The notes under the pieces: model-generated | Seen by the model: only the letters and a program-made list of their open reading frames with translations | What the model was told of the DNA's origin: nothing | Database searches by the model: none | Program-made: the position numbers and the translations under genes | Shown: in pieces, positions 1 through 13,843 of the stretch | Layout: every line of letters starts with the position of its first letter | Numbering within the stretch: position 1 is the first letter of the stretch | Source: Octopus sinensis | Taxonomy: Eukaryota | Assembly (NCBI RefSeq): GCF_006345805.1 | Contig: NC_043010.1 | Coordinates: 744,001 to 808,000 of the forward strand | Reading direction: 5' to 3' | DNA: 64,000 nucleotides

Positions 1-1320
1 ATCGAAGAAAGGAATCCCTACCCATGCAACTAACAGATTTCAACGTTGGGGTACAATATTGTTAAATTACAACTTTAAGATGGAGGACATTCCTTCTAAG
101 AAAATTGGCCATGCGGATTGCTTATGCAGGCTAATACCGAAGAATGCGGAACTGCTGGAAGATACGGTGATAGCCAAATTACAATCAGAAAAGGAAATTA
201 AAAACGTTATGTGTAATGTCATTCTGGAGTTGCCAGTGACTGTGCAAGATATAAAAAGTAAATGAACGGAGTAAAATACATCATAAACATAAAGGAAGCC
301 TTGAAAAATAAACAAAAGAGAAAGACGAATGCGAACGGTGTTTTCCTCTACGATGGTGTAGTAATGGACGCACAAAGAGTGTTAGTACCAATTGCATTAC
401 AGAAACAGAAAATTTGGTAAAATCATATAGACGTTGTGCGCTTGCAGCCAAGGCACCACCGGTGAAATACCAATCGTGGCCTGAGACGGATAGTCCGTGG
501 TCCAGGGTACATATAGACTACGCTGGACCAATAAAAGACGCATATACCTGGACATTGTTGATAGCTTTACAAGTGGGCCTGAAGTATGTAGGTGCAGTCA
601 ACCCACCTCGAAGGCAACAATAAAGTTCCTGCACGGACTTTTTGTTCGATATGGTGTTCCGGACACCATAGTATCGGACAATAGAAAATAATTTACAGGA
701 TACGAGTTCAAGAAATCCTGCAAAATGCATGCAATCAAGCACATAAAAAAAGGCAAGGAACAAGTTAGGAAATGACGAAGCGCTAACTAAATTCACATGG
801 GTGTACAGAATAACACCCTGTCCGAATACCAGTTCAGGCAAGTCATCTGCAGAGCTAATGTTAGCTCGAAAGTTTAAATCGATCTTCGACAAATTGTTGC
901 CAAAGGAAAAAGCGTATAGAGAAAATACAAAAAAATTCAACTAAATATTTTGATGTCGGAGACAAAGTCCATTTCAAAGTGTACAAGAACGATAAAGAGA
1001 GTTGACAGCATGGTGTAGTGATTAAAAGAATTGGAAACATGATGTATTCAATAAAAGGCCAACGATGGGAGCATAAGCGACCCCTAAACCAATTTAAAAA
1101 CAAGACATATAGAAGAAAGGAAGGAAATTCCAATGGAAGTGCTTTACGACGTTTTCGTTGTGCCAGCATCAAAAGATATATTGAGCAGTAACGGAAAACG
1201 AAAGCAAACTGTACATTTAGAAAAAATTCTCAAGCGAAATTTCAAAAAGGGAGAGGTGTTGGAAATAAGAAAGAAAAAAATAATGAAATAAATTTCGTTT
1301 CCTACAAAAGTCGACATCTC
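1..1320 (+). mobile_element. Decayed Ty3/Gypsy LTR retrotransposon pol (RNase H end and integrase)
   Basis: Frameshifted ORF pieces carry LNYNFKMEDIPSKKIGHADCLCRL (RNase H C-terminus), WPETDSPWSRVHIDYAGP and RYGVPDTIVSDN (integrase core), with multiple stops and frameshifts. Confidence 0.9.
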
Positions 1321-1331
1321 AAAAGGGGAGA

Positions 1332-1595
1332 TGTTGTGGCGAAAGTAACGACACCCACTGCAAGAATAGACTTGACCGAACGACAATAAATAGTAGCGGT
1401 CTGAGTGAGACACAGTGTAGGTGTTAATCGCAGGAAGTCGTAAGGTGACATTTTGGTAGTTTGTCGGAGAATCGTTTGTTGGTTCGTGTACGGTTCGTGC
1501 AGAGTTTGTTGGATTGTTATGTTGTTGTTACCCTGCTTTGTTAGATATTTTATTGTTTCTACGCGGTTATAGTGTGAAAAAGTATCGTCATAACA
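1332..1595 (+). mobile_element. LTR of the Gypsy element
   Basis: Polypurine tract AAAAGGGGAGA (1321-1331) directly precedes TGTTGTGGCG. The end CGTCATAACA (1586-1595) is an 8/10 inverted match, giving TG...CA termini. Confidence 0.7.
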
Positions 1596-1604
1596 ATTGG
1601 TGAT

Positions 1605-1670
<66 letters not shown>

Positions 1671-2716
1671 ATCAATCTATCTATCTATAAAAGTATGTAT
1701 ATATTATATATATGTATTTTTTATTCTTTTAATTGTTTCAGTCATTTGACTGCAGCCATACTGGAGCACCGCATTTAGTCGAATGAATCGACCCAGGACT
1801 TATTCTTTGTAAACCTAGTATTTATTCTATCGGTCTCTTTTGCCGAACTGCTAAGATACGGGGACGTAAATACATCAACATTGTCTGCCAAGGGATGACG
1901 GGGGAACAAATACAGGCACGCGTGCACGCACACACATGCACACACACATAATGTGGATATCTGATGCACGCCGTCGTTCGATGTTCAGGATTCAGTACTC
2001 CAGTCAAGTGATTTTCTTACCCTTGAGTTACCATGTAAATGACTCAGGATTCCATTCATGCGAGTGGTATCATCTGAAGACTAGTCTTGGCTTCCGAGCA
2101 ATGCAATGAACTAGGGGATCATTCATCGACAGCAGACTACGATATACATAGATTAACTAGGGGCTACTAACACAATGAACCCTGCATTCAGACAAGCGGT
2201 AAGAGCCCAATATACCTAATGCTATGAGGAAGCGCTAGACACAGTATGTGATGAGGCTATGATTTGAGAAGTTTCAGGTACCGAAGCTGACAGAATCGTT
2301 AACACACCGGAAAAATGCTTAGCGGCATTTCGTCGGTCTTCAAATTCCACCGAGGTCGATGTTGCTTTTCATCATTTCGGGGTCGATGAAATAAGTACCA
2401 GTTAAGCACTGGGGTCGGTGTAATTGACTGTTAAAACAAAATTCAAGGTGGTGCCCCAGCATGGCTGTAGTCCAATGACTGAAACTAGTAAAAGATGGGC
2501 GTGTGTATATGTTTGTGGGTGTATGAGTATTTATGTGTATGTGTGTATTTTGTGTACGCTTATATACGGCAGACTTCAATACAGTTTATGTCAGTCGCAT
2601 TTCGGGTATTTCACTCATTAAGCTTGGATCAACCAGAGACAAACGTCGACCGAACAGAACCCGAAAGAACATGGTTTCAAAATGAACGTTTTATGCAAAA
2701 TGTCATGGCTGAGCCC

Positions 2717-2753
<37 letters not shown>

Positions 2754-3680
2754 ACACATACATACATACATACATACATACATTCACACGCACTTAAGCA
2801 CGCACGCACACGCACACGCACGCAAGCACGCAGGGACATGCACACGTACGCATTCGCACACAGTTGCACACACACACACACACACTCGCGTACATCATTC
2901 ACACACTCCCGATATCACTAACGCATACTGCAATACACACACCTCGATATATATATATATATATATATATAAGACATACGAATGCATACACATCCGCAAA
3001 AGCACATTCACACAAAGAAACCCACATCGAGAAAGTTTCACGCAACGAGAACTACACACACATACACACATGCACACACACACATGCACACACACACATG
3101 CACACACACACATGCACACACACACTCACACACTCACACACACACGCACGCACACTCTCTCTCAGATTCATACAAACACACACAAGAAAATGCACACGCT
3201 CACATTTTCACCTATTCATACACACACGCAAACACACTCACATACACACATACACACACACTCAGATTCAAACACATACACACGTACATGCACTCTAATT
3301 CATACACTCATAGCAAAGACACGCGGACGCACACAGGCACACACACAAACATAGACACGCATACATACACAGTCACACACACATACACAGACACACTCAT
3401 ACATAAGCACAAACACGCACTCACTCAGACACACGTACACAAACTCACATACAAGCACAGTCACCCACACAAACAAAGAATTGTCTTCGAGTGTTTGCTG
3501 TTGCTATGGTTAAGAGCAAGGATAACAAGGATGGATTCCTTTGATTTAAATGAGGAGGCAGTGAGGGTGGGGATGTGAAGGGCGTGATCCGGCTTCAGAG
3601 CAGAGGTTGCAGGAGCAGTGGCACTATAGAGAAGAGATAGATAGATAGATGATAGATAGATAGATAGATAGATAGGTAGG

Positions 3681-3767
<87 letters not shown>

Positions 3768-3768
3768 T

Positions 3769-3837
<69 letters not shown>

Positions 3838-3916
3838 GGATGGATGGATGGATGGATAGATAGATTGAAAGATGGGTAGACAGATAAAAAAGAAAAAAAA
3901 CAGACAGATAAACAGA

Positions 3917-3947
<31 letters not shown>

Positions 3948-4923
3948 GCAAACAGATTGCTAGATAGATAGTTGGATGGATGGATTGAGAGAAATCTCCA
4001 TGGATGGATAGATTGCTTAAAAAAGATAAACATATCGACACATAGACGGAAGGACCGACCGATAAAAAAAAAAGGAAAGAAAGTGAGAGGGGTTGAGGGA
4101 GAGGAAGGGGCCATGTAAATCATGCCTGGATGCGACATTATAATTTGAATTTAAATTTTAATTTAAATAACTGGAAATGAAGGCAAGAAAGTAAATTAAT
4201 AAAAACACAAACAGCAAAACAAACACCGCTAAATATAAAAAAAAATCAAATAAATAAAGTAATAAACAAAGATTGAAGCGAGACAAGAAGAAAAAACAGC
4301 AAAAACGAAAATGGCGAAAAGAAAACTGAAGGCGATGGAATGGTCTGTTAGGAGGAAGGAAGTAGGAGGTGATTGTTGGGTTCTTACTCTAACGATCAGA
4401 GTAAGAGAGTAAGAGTGGCGGTGTCAGGGGAGGTTGGCGGTAGGTAGGGTGGAAGCTGGTTTTATTTTCTTCTGGTGATGTTAACGAGGTTTATCTTTCC
4501 AAAATGGTGGCGGTAAAACTAAATTTATACCTTTTCCATGGAGGTGGCAAACAATGATTTTCTTTCTCTTTTTTTTTTCTTTCTAGTTTAGTGCTGTTGT
4601 ATTGTTGTTCTTGTTGTTGTAGTAGTGATGGTGGTACAGTGAAATGAAATTTACCTTTTCATGGAGGGTGAAATGAAATTTATTGTTTCATAAAGGTAAT
4701 GAAGATAGAAAAAATATATTTAGATATTTACCATGGTTGAATGGTTAAGAAGGTCGCTTTGTAACCACGTAAGTTCTGGTTCGATCCCACTGCACGACAC
4801 CTTGGGCAAATACTTTCTATTCTAATCCCTAGTCGACCATTGCCTTGTGAGGTAATTTGCAAGAGGGGAATTTGAGTTCAAGCCTGTCACACACAAACAT
4901 ATATACACGTACATACATACATG

Positions 4924-5517
4924 CAGGGTGCGATGGGTAAATTATCGCCATTTTATGTTTTTTATTTCGCGCATGCGCATGCTTGTTTTTGATTTTATCG
5001 ACAACACGGTATAGTAGGGTCAGTTAGACACCGTCTGTGAGATAAACAGAACCATAACGCAATCGACTCTGCTAGAAATTTAGAAACGACATGCTTCACT
5101 GCTTGGCATTTGCGCCGGAAGCTCCAATATGATCCTTGCAGGGTGTCAGGGTGTGAATCTGAGGACTGCAATCTGAGGACATGTTCCGAGAATGATAAAA
5201 ATCAAACATCCAGTCAACATCATGGTGTTTGGCGTGATCACTAGTGATGGCGACGTCATGCTTCAATTCATCTTCCCTCACGGCCTCACACTCATCACGG
5301 AGGACTACATTAAGAGCCTTGAAGAGGAAGTGATACCTTGGGACAAGAGAGTGATTGCGGGAAGACCCTATGTCTGGCAATAAGACTCTGCACCATGCCA
5401 CACAAGCAGGAGAACAATTTTTGCCAGCTACATCACCCCTAACAAATGGCCACCTAACTCCCTAGACTGCAACCACCTTGATTATTATGTATGGGGCGCA
5501 GTTGAGCGAGAGACCAA
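4924..5517 (+). mobile_element. Truncated and deleted Tc1/mariner transposon, maT/DD37D-like
   Basis: Starts CAGGGTG. Translation gives KHPVNIMVFGVITSDG...PYVWQ*DSAPCHT...WPPNSLDCNHLDYYVWGAVE, so the third catalytic residue is D. The D-D spacing is shortened to 31. Cut off by a (TG)n tract. Confidence 0.8.
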
Positions 5518-5530
5518 CATATATATATAA

Positions 5531-5643
<113 letters not shown>

Positions 5644-6200
5644 GTGTGTGTGTGCGTGTGTGTGTGTGTAAGCCAAGTTGGCGGAATCGTTAGCAGGCAG
5701 GGTAAATGCTTTGTGGCATTTCGCTCGTCTCTACTTTCCGGGTTCGAATACCGCCGAGATCAACTTTGCCTTTCATCTGTTTTTGGGTGTCGATGAAATA
5801 AATATCAGTCAAGTCCTGGGGGCGATATAATCGATTATCCCTCTCCCCAAAATAGTAGAAAAAATATATATGTATTGTGGCCTCTCCTATCGAAAATGAC
5901 ATATAAGCATTCAACTTTTGCCGAGCGACTTACACAAATGGTTTGTTTATAGTGATCAAATGTATATGCTCTACATTAGCTCAGTCTTTCCATCAAATCG
6001 ACATCACCTGAACAGGTGCACGGTGTGCCACCCGTCAAGTGTCGAAGTGATCGCAGGGCAACGTGAGATGAAGTGTTTTGCTCAAGAACACAACGCACCA
6101 CCCGGTCTAGGAATTGAAATCACAATCACTAGATCGCGAATGCAACCCTCTAACCACAAGGCTATGCGTCAAGTGGATATGTGAGTCTGTAGGCGCGTGT

Positions 6201-6240
<40 letters not shown>

Positions 6241-6399
6241 TAATATAAACAGCCATGTGTAACGTGATATCGTAAAGGAAAAATATAGTTATCACTAAAT
6301 GCGACAAAGGTTGTCAAGATACCTACATTGCTAGAAATAGCTAAAATGCTTTACTGCTGTAGGAAAAGCACATAAATGTATGCATATATGCTCACAGGG

Positions 6400-6860
6400 G
6401 TTGCAATCGCCCAAAACACCGACTTGATGAAGGGATATATAAAAATATCCCGGAAACATCTGTAAGACCTTCTCTTCATAAATGTTGTGAAATCTTTCAC
6501 AGCCTTGGATTTTTATCGCATTCTGTTATTTTTTTTATATATAGACATGCTGATATATGACCTACGTCGGACTCCTCATTTGCATAATCCCCGAACCTGG
6601 AGCTTAACTATTGTCTGTCCATAGCACACTTACTCAGCATTACCTGACACATTTTGGGTCTTATTGACACCATTTCCTCTCATAACCTATATATATATAT
6701 ATATCCCTGTTTATTTATGTGTTCCCTTCTGTTGAGGAGTGTAGGCTCGAAAGATAAAAGACTTTCTCACTTCCCGAGCGTTAAACAATACATCTATTTG
6801 TTGTTTATACACCCGTCTACGTCTTTTTTTTGTTTTGTAAATTCTCACTATATATATATA
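6400..6860 (+). mobile_element. Penelope-like element terminal fragments with degenerate hammerhead motifs
   Basis: TTGATGA-A-GGGATAT(loop)ATATCCC-GGAAAC at 6424-6457 and CTGTTGAGGAGTGTAGGCTCGAAAG near 6727-6751. The 6700-6860 segment recurs at about 27680-27840 and 29860-30030. Confidence 0.55.
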
Positions 6861-7760
6861 CTAGACTACCGGTGACCCAACGGGTCACGGGTAGTCTGAG
6901 TTTTCCAACAACGGAATTATGTTTCGTGGGTTTTTTGTTTCCAGATTATTTCGCATGCTTTCAACGAATGTGACATCGAAATCACGCGTAAACGGCTCCT
7001 TTCCCCAGAGAAGGAAAGATTTGGCTGCTATTTCTTGCACGTCCTGCTACCATGTAACAGGTATTTCGGGTTCTTTATCCCAAATAGCTATTACGTGGTA
7101 GCAGGGCGAGCCAGAAATAGCAGCCAAATATTTGGAGATGAGATACATTGAATGCACTCAAAAACATGGAAAAAAATTATTTCACACCGAAGTTACGATC
7201 GGGTCTTTTACGAAATATTTACCGTATTTTTAAAGTCATTTTCTCTTTAAAATATGTTTTAAATATGTCAAAAAATTTTTATAATGGTATTCACTTGAAA
7301 ATAATTTTTTAAAATATCAAAATATTGTATGTTTAAAAAAAGCGAAAATATAAATATTTATTGTACAAACAAATTACATTTTTGAAATCCCATTCACGTA
7401 AAAATATTTCCAAATGATTAAAATATTGTATTTAACAAAAGCGAAAATAGAAACATTTATTGTATTTTTTCGTTGACAAGACACTGTGTATAATCGAAAG
7501 GTCAGAGTTTCATCTCTTTCAGGTTGAAGTTATATTCGGAACATTTCCCCATTATGCACTGATTTAGGTTTTTATGCCTACAAACCTCGAATAGCTCAAT
7601 AACTACTGGTCCGATTTACGCGGAAACTTGTTTTATTCCGCTCAAATTAACATTTCTGGGGAAACTTAATTCATAGTATTTTCCCATTATGCACCAGTTT
7701 AGTTGGGTAACATTGCAAGCAAGCTAGCAAGATTGAACTTCACTTTTATTAGTATATAGA
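6861..7760 (-). mobile_element. Non-autonomous Helitron
   Basis: On the minus strand the 5' end is A|TCTATATACTAATAAA (7760). The 3' end has a 15-bp hairpin (6864-6896, one mismatch) ending in CTAG|T (6861). Insertion between A and T is canonical. Confidence 0.85.
7019..7129. mobile_element. Palindromic MITE-like element nested in the Helitron
   Basis: Perfect 17-bp inverted repeat ATTTGGCTGCTATTTCT / AGAAATAGCAGCCAAAT plus an inner 13/14-bp inverted repeat. The same terminal motif recurs near 6325 and 41120. Confidence 0.6.
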
Positions 7761-7769
7761 TGAGATAGT

Positions 7770-8060
7770 GAAGGCGCGTGTTTAGGGCGTTGTACTCACG
7801 GTCCCTAGATCGGGGGTTCAATTACCGGACTAGGCGGCCCGTTGTGTTCTTGAGCAAAACACTTCATTTCACATTGCTCCAATCCACTCAGCCGTATGCG
7901 GGTAACCCTGTGACGGGATAGCTTTCTTATCGGAGGAAATGTTGGCCTACTCACACAGCCAGTGGGATGGCATCATTCAGAGAAAGGTACAACAATGTGA
8001 AGCACAATGTGACTATCGATGTATAACAACATCCGATAGTGTGGTCGATACCGTGATATA
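7770..8060 (+). mobile_element. tRNA-derived SINE, family D (local label)
   Basis: A/B-box-like head (GGTTCAATTACC) followed by GTGTTCTTGAGCAAAACACTTCATTTCAC. Related copies at about 5910-6175 (-), 52190-52350 (-) and 57890-58200 (+). Confidence 0.65.
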
Positions 8061-8151
8061 TATATATATATATTATATATATATATATATGCATGTGTGT
8101 ATGTGGGTGTGTATGTGCATGTGCGTGCCTGTAAGTATGTGTATGGGCGTG

Positions 8152-8195
<44 letters not shown>

Positions 8196-9193
8196 ACGCA
8201 GGATTTACCAGTCGAAAATATTACATCTATAAACGTTTATTGTAAACGGTTCTAAGTATTTCCTAACAGTTTTAAGCTTGCCCAAAAGCTTTTACCGAAA
8301 TGCTAATGAGATGGAATTTACGCAGTCATTTGTTTCGAAAGATAAGATCACTGGACTTTCTCTCAAATCCCCCTCACTGTCTTTTTTTGTATTTACTTCT
8401 TATACCTTCTCTCTCTTTCTCTCTCTTTCTCTCTCTCTCTCGCTCTGTAGGTGCATATTTCTACGTAAGCATGCGTACACGTGTGTGTATGTTTGCCACC
8501 AGTGCCAAAACGTGCAGGCTGAATATCCAGTCGGCCGTGTCAAGCCGTCAGCATCCAAACTACCGCGCCCAATCGTTTCATTACGTGGTCTTCAGATGAT
8601 TTTATAGAAGGGAAAGAATAGTTCCATGGTTCGAATCCTACTTAATATGTTACACCATTTTTTTATTAAACATTTTGAAGCCTTCACCATATAACCTCTT
8701 CCTGAGTTAATCGAATATGGATATGATTGACGATAGTCCAGATATGACCATCCCACATTTTTGTATTTATGAATATTTAAGACTGCATAGTCTAATGTGT
8801 TCTACCGTATTTTTCAAGGCTGTAGAATATGATCTGAGAGAGAATTTTGACTACTGTTTGTAGCAGGTCGAGCGACAACATAGAGATATATCATATCTGA
8901 TTGGCTTCCTAGCGAGAAAGGTAGATATGAAGAATGGAAAAGAACAGTAAAATTGTAGCATACATGAACAAACACACACACACACACACACACGCAGAGG
9001 AGACAAAGAAGTGATGCCTGACTGAAGCAGATGCCATATTAAGTCAAAACCACCATAATTCATGCTAAGGCATTTCTGGCAAAGCCAACTGGGTTAGAAT
9101 TTAGGGTTGAAACACGGCACCATGGAGGATTCTTTTATCTGTGTCTTCACAAAAGGAAAAAAAACATCTTTATATTGTTTTTATTTTTTTAGC

Positions 9194-9239
<46 letters not shown>

Positions 9240-9348
9240 CCTTTAATCTATTTATCTTATTTCTTCCTTATATACGAATATGTGTGCTCGAGTATGTGAG
9301 TGGTTTGCATACATACATACATACATACATTTGTATTATATATCTATG

Positions 9349-9381
<33 letters not shown>

Positions 9382-9471
9382 ACATATATATGTATATGTA
9401 TGAATGCGTATATATGTTTACATATGCACATGAAGGCACATACGTACGTATATGCTTAAGTTTATGTGCGT

Positions 9472-9507
<36 letters not shown>

Positions 9508-9577
9508 ATACTTGCATTGTACTGAAACGATGTCTTTGTTACGGCTTTATCGTTTTTATCAAAGTTTTTCATATTTT

Positions 9578-9611
<34 letters not shown>

Positions 9612-10295
9612 TACACGCACGTTTGTATCTACACATATATGCATACATATTTACATATATACATACATATGAGTATGCATGTATATGTATGTATATGTAT
9701 TATAATATATGTATATATTATATATACATAATATATATATATATATATATATTACCATACATTATATATAATATATATATATATTACATATGTATGCATA
9801 TGTATGTATGTATATATGTATATATATATGTATGTATGTATATATAATATATTATATTATTATATATATATGTATAATATATATATATACATACATATGT
9901 ATATGTATATGCCAAACACAAGCAACTCCTGTGGCTAGGCCAGTTACATTTGCCCTGCTTGTTGTAAGTAGGTAGCAACACACGCCAATACCACCTTATC
10001 CTGAAGATGAAACTAGAAAGGTCTCACGGTTAAGACACTTGCATAAAGACTGTAGGCAATTGGCTCACGTATGTAGCTTTATAGTTACCATATATATGTG
10101 TATAATATATATACATACATACATACACACACACACATATATATATATATATGGCCTGCTCGCTTAGCCAGCGGGGTGGCGTCATTTAAAGGCTAAAAAA
10201 ACAATGCGAAGCGCATTGTGACCAGCGATGTGTAGCAACATCTGATAGCCTGATCGGGCACGGTGATATATATATATGTATATATATATGTGTGT

Positions 10296-10920
10296 GTGTA
10301 TGTATGAATGTATGTATGTATGTATGTATGTATGTATGCATGTATGTATGTATGTATTATGTATGTATGTATGTATGTATGTATGTATGTATGTATGTAT
10401 GTATGCATGTATGCATGTATGTATGTATGTATTATGTATGTATGTATGTATGTATGCATGCATGTATGTATGTATTATGTATGTATGTATGTATGTATGT
10501 ATGTATGTATGTACGTATGTATGTATGCATGCATGTATGTATGTATGTATGTATGTATGTATGTATGTATGTATGTACGTATGTATGTATGTATGCATGT
10601 ATGTGTGTATGTATGAATGTATGTATGTATGTATGTATGTATGTATGCATGTATGTATGTATGTATGTATGTATGTATGTATGTATGTATGTATGTATGC
10701 ATGCATGTATGTATGTATGTATGTATGTATGTATTATGTATGTATGTATGTATGTATGCATGCATGTATGTATGTATTATGTATGTATGTATGTATGTAT
10801 GTATGTATGTATGCATGTATGTATGTATGTATGTATGTATGTATGTATGTATGTATGTATGTATGCATGCATGTATATTGTATGTATGTATGTATGTATG
10901 TATGTATGTATGCATGCATG

Positions 10921-10951
<31 letters not shown>

Positions 10952-11318
10952 GTATGTATGTATGTATGCATGTATGTATGTATGTATGTATGTATGTATG
11001 TATGTATGCATGCATGTATGTATGTATGTATGTATGTATGTATGTATGTATGTATTATGTATGTATGTATGTATGTATGCATGCATGTATGTATGTATTA
11101 TGTATGTATGTATGTATGTATGTACGTATGTATGTATGCATGCATGTATGTATGTATGTATGTATGTATGTATGTATGTATGTATGTATGTACGTATGTA
11201 CGTATGTATGTATGTATGTATGTATGTATGTATGCATGCATGCATGTATGTATGTTTGTATGTATGTATGTATGTATGTATGTATGTATGTATGTATGTA
11301 TGTATGTATGTATGTATA
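10296..11318. repeat. About 1-kb (ATGT)n tetranucleotide array
   Basis: Directly visible. It abuts the 3' end of the RTE fragment and is the source of the many MYVC/HTYI pseudo-ORFs. Confidence 0.98.
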
Positions 11319-11319
11319 T

Positions 11320-13540
11320 GGCGGACTCTCTCGTCGAAGGCGACGTATGAGTATCCAGTGAGGAGACAGAAAGAAATCCAGCCAAACAGACAACCGACAA
11401 CACACATTACTATTACTACTATTGTCCAATGTTTACAATTCATTTACTATACCTGGTGACTCCTAATGGTGATTCCTAAGGCCATCAAAAGCAATATCGA
11501 TATGAGCACAGGATCTAGCTGAGAATGGTGTTTTGCGGGAAGACTGTTGTTCTGTTGGTTTATTTTCCTACTTTCCTTTAACTTCTCTTGATTCCTCACA
11601 TTTCCAGGAGAGTGCTATTCTCTATTCTATCATCCTAATATTAATCTTACATATTTGCTTATGTCATCTCATATGAAAGCTTTTCAGTTGACTGCTATTC
11701 TTACAATGGTGTGTCCAGGTCTCTGCTCTATATAAAGGAATTATTTGGACAGCTGATTTATACACATCTATTTTTGTCCTTACTGAGACATCATTGGCAT
11801 TCCAAAGTCGACCATAAACTTCCCAAAAACTGTATTGGTCTTTCCAATACGAGTTTGGACCTTCCTATCGAGTTTATCATCGCTTGTTTCTGCAGAACCC
11901 AAATATGTGAAAGCATCAATTGTTTCCAGAGCTTTGCCTTCAACAAACACATTGGGCAAGATTTCCAGGATGTGGCTGATAAAACGGTTCAGTTATTTTT
12001 ATGCTGATAGTAGTAAGCTAAAAGATCTGGCTTCTGCTGCAAATCCGTCAATGATGTGCTGGATGTCTTGGAGTGTATGAGCAACTAGAGCAGAATCATC
12101 TGCAATCAGTAAGTTTCTTATTGTCTGAGATGCAACTTTAGTCCTTGCTTTGAGCCGCTGTTACTTGAAGATGCCACCCGTTGTTCTATATTCAAGAAAG
12201 ACGCTCTCTTCTACATCAGAAAGAGGACAATAACACTGGTGCCGAAATACAACCTTATTTTGTATCGTCTTTAACATCAAAAGGCTGAGACTGACTGCCG
12301 TTGGAGAGAATAGATGCCTTCATATCTGTAAGGACACTATAATATTTGACATTTGCTGGGGAATCCCGAGTTTTGTTAATAGTTTCTACAAAGCATGTCG
12401 ACATAGAGAATTAAAAGCTTTTGTAAGGTCAAAAAATTCCACATAGAGGCCTTTATTGTTCACTCGGGCCTTCTCTTGAACTTGTCACAAACTGAATATT
12501 GTATCCGCTGTCCTTCCACCTGACTTAAACCCACACTGACTCACTGGATAGATAGAACCGACTAAGTCAGAGTGAATTCTATTTAAGATTACTCTAGAGA
12601 GGACTTTTTCTGCAACAGAGAGCAGCGATACGCCACGATGATTGTCACATCCAAACTATTACCCTTATATGAATGTACAATCGATACATCTTTAAATTTT
12701 TGATGGACAATTCCTGTTTGCCACATTTGAACAATAAGCTCTGTCAATTTATCTTTCAAAGTATTTCCGCCAGATCTAAAACATTTTCCAAGCGTACCAT
12801 CTAAACGTAGATCTAATGCAAAAGAGTCAATTACTGGTCTTTGGGGGATATTTTTGATTGAGTTCATGTCTACATTTGTATCTCAATAAATACATCTTTA
12901 AAATGTTCTGCCCAATGTTTCAATATGTCTTATGATCTGTGAGAAGATTTCTTTCTGTAGAAAGAACAGGAGAGGACCCTTCTTTTCTTGGACCAAATGT
13001 CCCCTTCTAATTTTGATAAAGACCTTTCATGTCATATTTGTCAGCAGATTCTTGCAGAGCTTTAGCCTTTTGTTCTCACCACTTTTGGATAATTTCTAGG
13101 AGTTTAGTTTGAACAGAGTTTTTGGCAGACTTGTAAAGCTTAATCATTTCTGCAGTGTTCATATAAACAATCTTTTCCTTATGAAGTCTGTACATTTCTT
13201 GAGGCTGTTCATTTATAATCTCGTCATTTTCATCAAACCAATCTTGGCTTTTACAGCATGAAAACCCAAGAATGTCTGACTCATAAACAGAATCTCTAGG
13301 ATGACCCCGCGATTCTTCCATATTTTTCGTGATTCTAACATTATTTAACTTTTTATCAAGTGTTTGAGCGAGAATACCCTTGTTGCTATTTACTTTAACC
13401 TTTTGAAATATCAAGTTCCCTTATTATTATTTTACCATTTTTATGACCGTCATTGGTCTTATTTTCATTGTACAACAAATTATAGCCTGGTCAGACCAGC
13501 ATTTTGCTTTATTGAAACAATGTGTTAATCTAACGTCATG
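11320..13540 (-). mobile_element. RTE-clade LINE, 3' part (end of endonuclease, reverse transcriptase, C-terminal Zn-finger remnant), pseudogenised
   Basis: Minus-strand motifs HDVRLT...AKCWSD, KSQDWFDENDE, QMWQTGIVHQKFKDVSIVH, ESQCGFK and FTYLGS, plus a degenerate C2H2 finger. Many stops and frameshifts. Confidence 0.85.
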
Positions 13541-13599
13541 AACGTGTTAAGATAATAAGCATGTCAGGGCGCTCTTGAGCGCCCTGACATGTTTGTTAC

Positions 13600-13775
13600 C
13601 ATGTATTTGTAACAAGTAACCCAATACAACCTGTTGCATGGTCGGGTCGTCGGTGACTAAATTGGCAACCCCACTGAGCTTGCTTGGTGAGGAGAGGTGA
13701 TTGTTAGATATCCTGCGTGACAAAAATATAACCGTAAAACTCATGAGTAGACAACGGCAATCGAATAAAGTGTAC
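13600..13775 (+). mobile_element. RTE-type 5'UTR fragment
   Basis: Homologous to 35190-35350 and 45950-46020 (CCTGTTGCATGGTCGGGTCGTCGGTGACTAA...). Confidence 0.55.
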
Positions 13776-13843
13776 ATATATATATATTATTTATATACTT
13801 TTATTTTATTTATATTTTTTAATTTTATATCTTTAATATATAT

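Noticed and set aside
2340-4138. HTHT-, CVCV- and YLSI-rich ORFs, including the 225-aa ORF at 3461-4138
   Set aside because: These are translations of (CA)n and (GATA)n microsatellites with no protein motifs.
6578-6585. Octamer ATTTGCAT sites (also 18153 and 48554)
   Set aside because: Three hits in 64 kb of AT-rich DNA is about chance level.
8440-9100. Protocadherin promoter or micro-exon (CCAAT boxes, TAG|14 nt|GTAAGC)
   Set aside because: The motifs are short and expected by chance, and nothing links them to the 19444 acceptor.
10182-11459. Long ORFs of up to 361 aa (MYVC/HTYI); likewise 35567-36930 and 42761-45187
   Set aside because: (ATGT)n lacks stop codons, so the open frames are artefacts.
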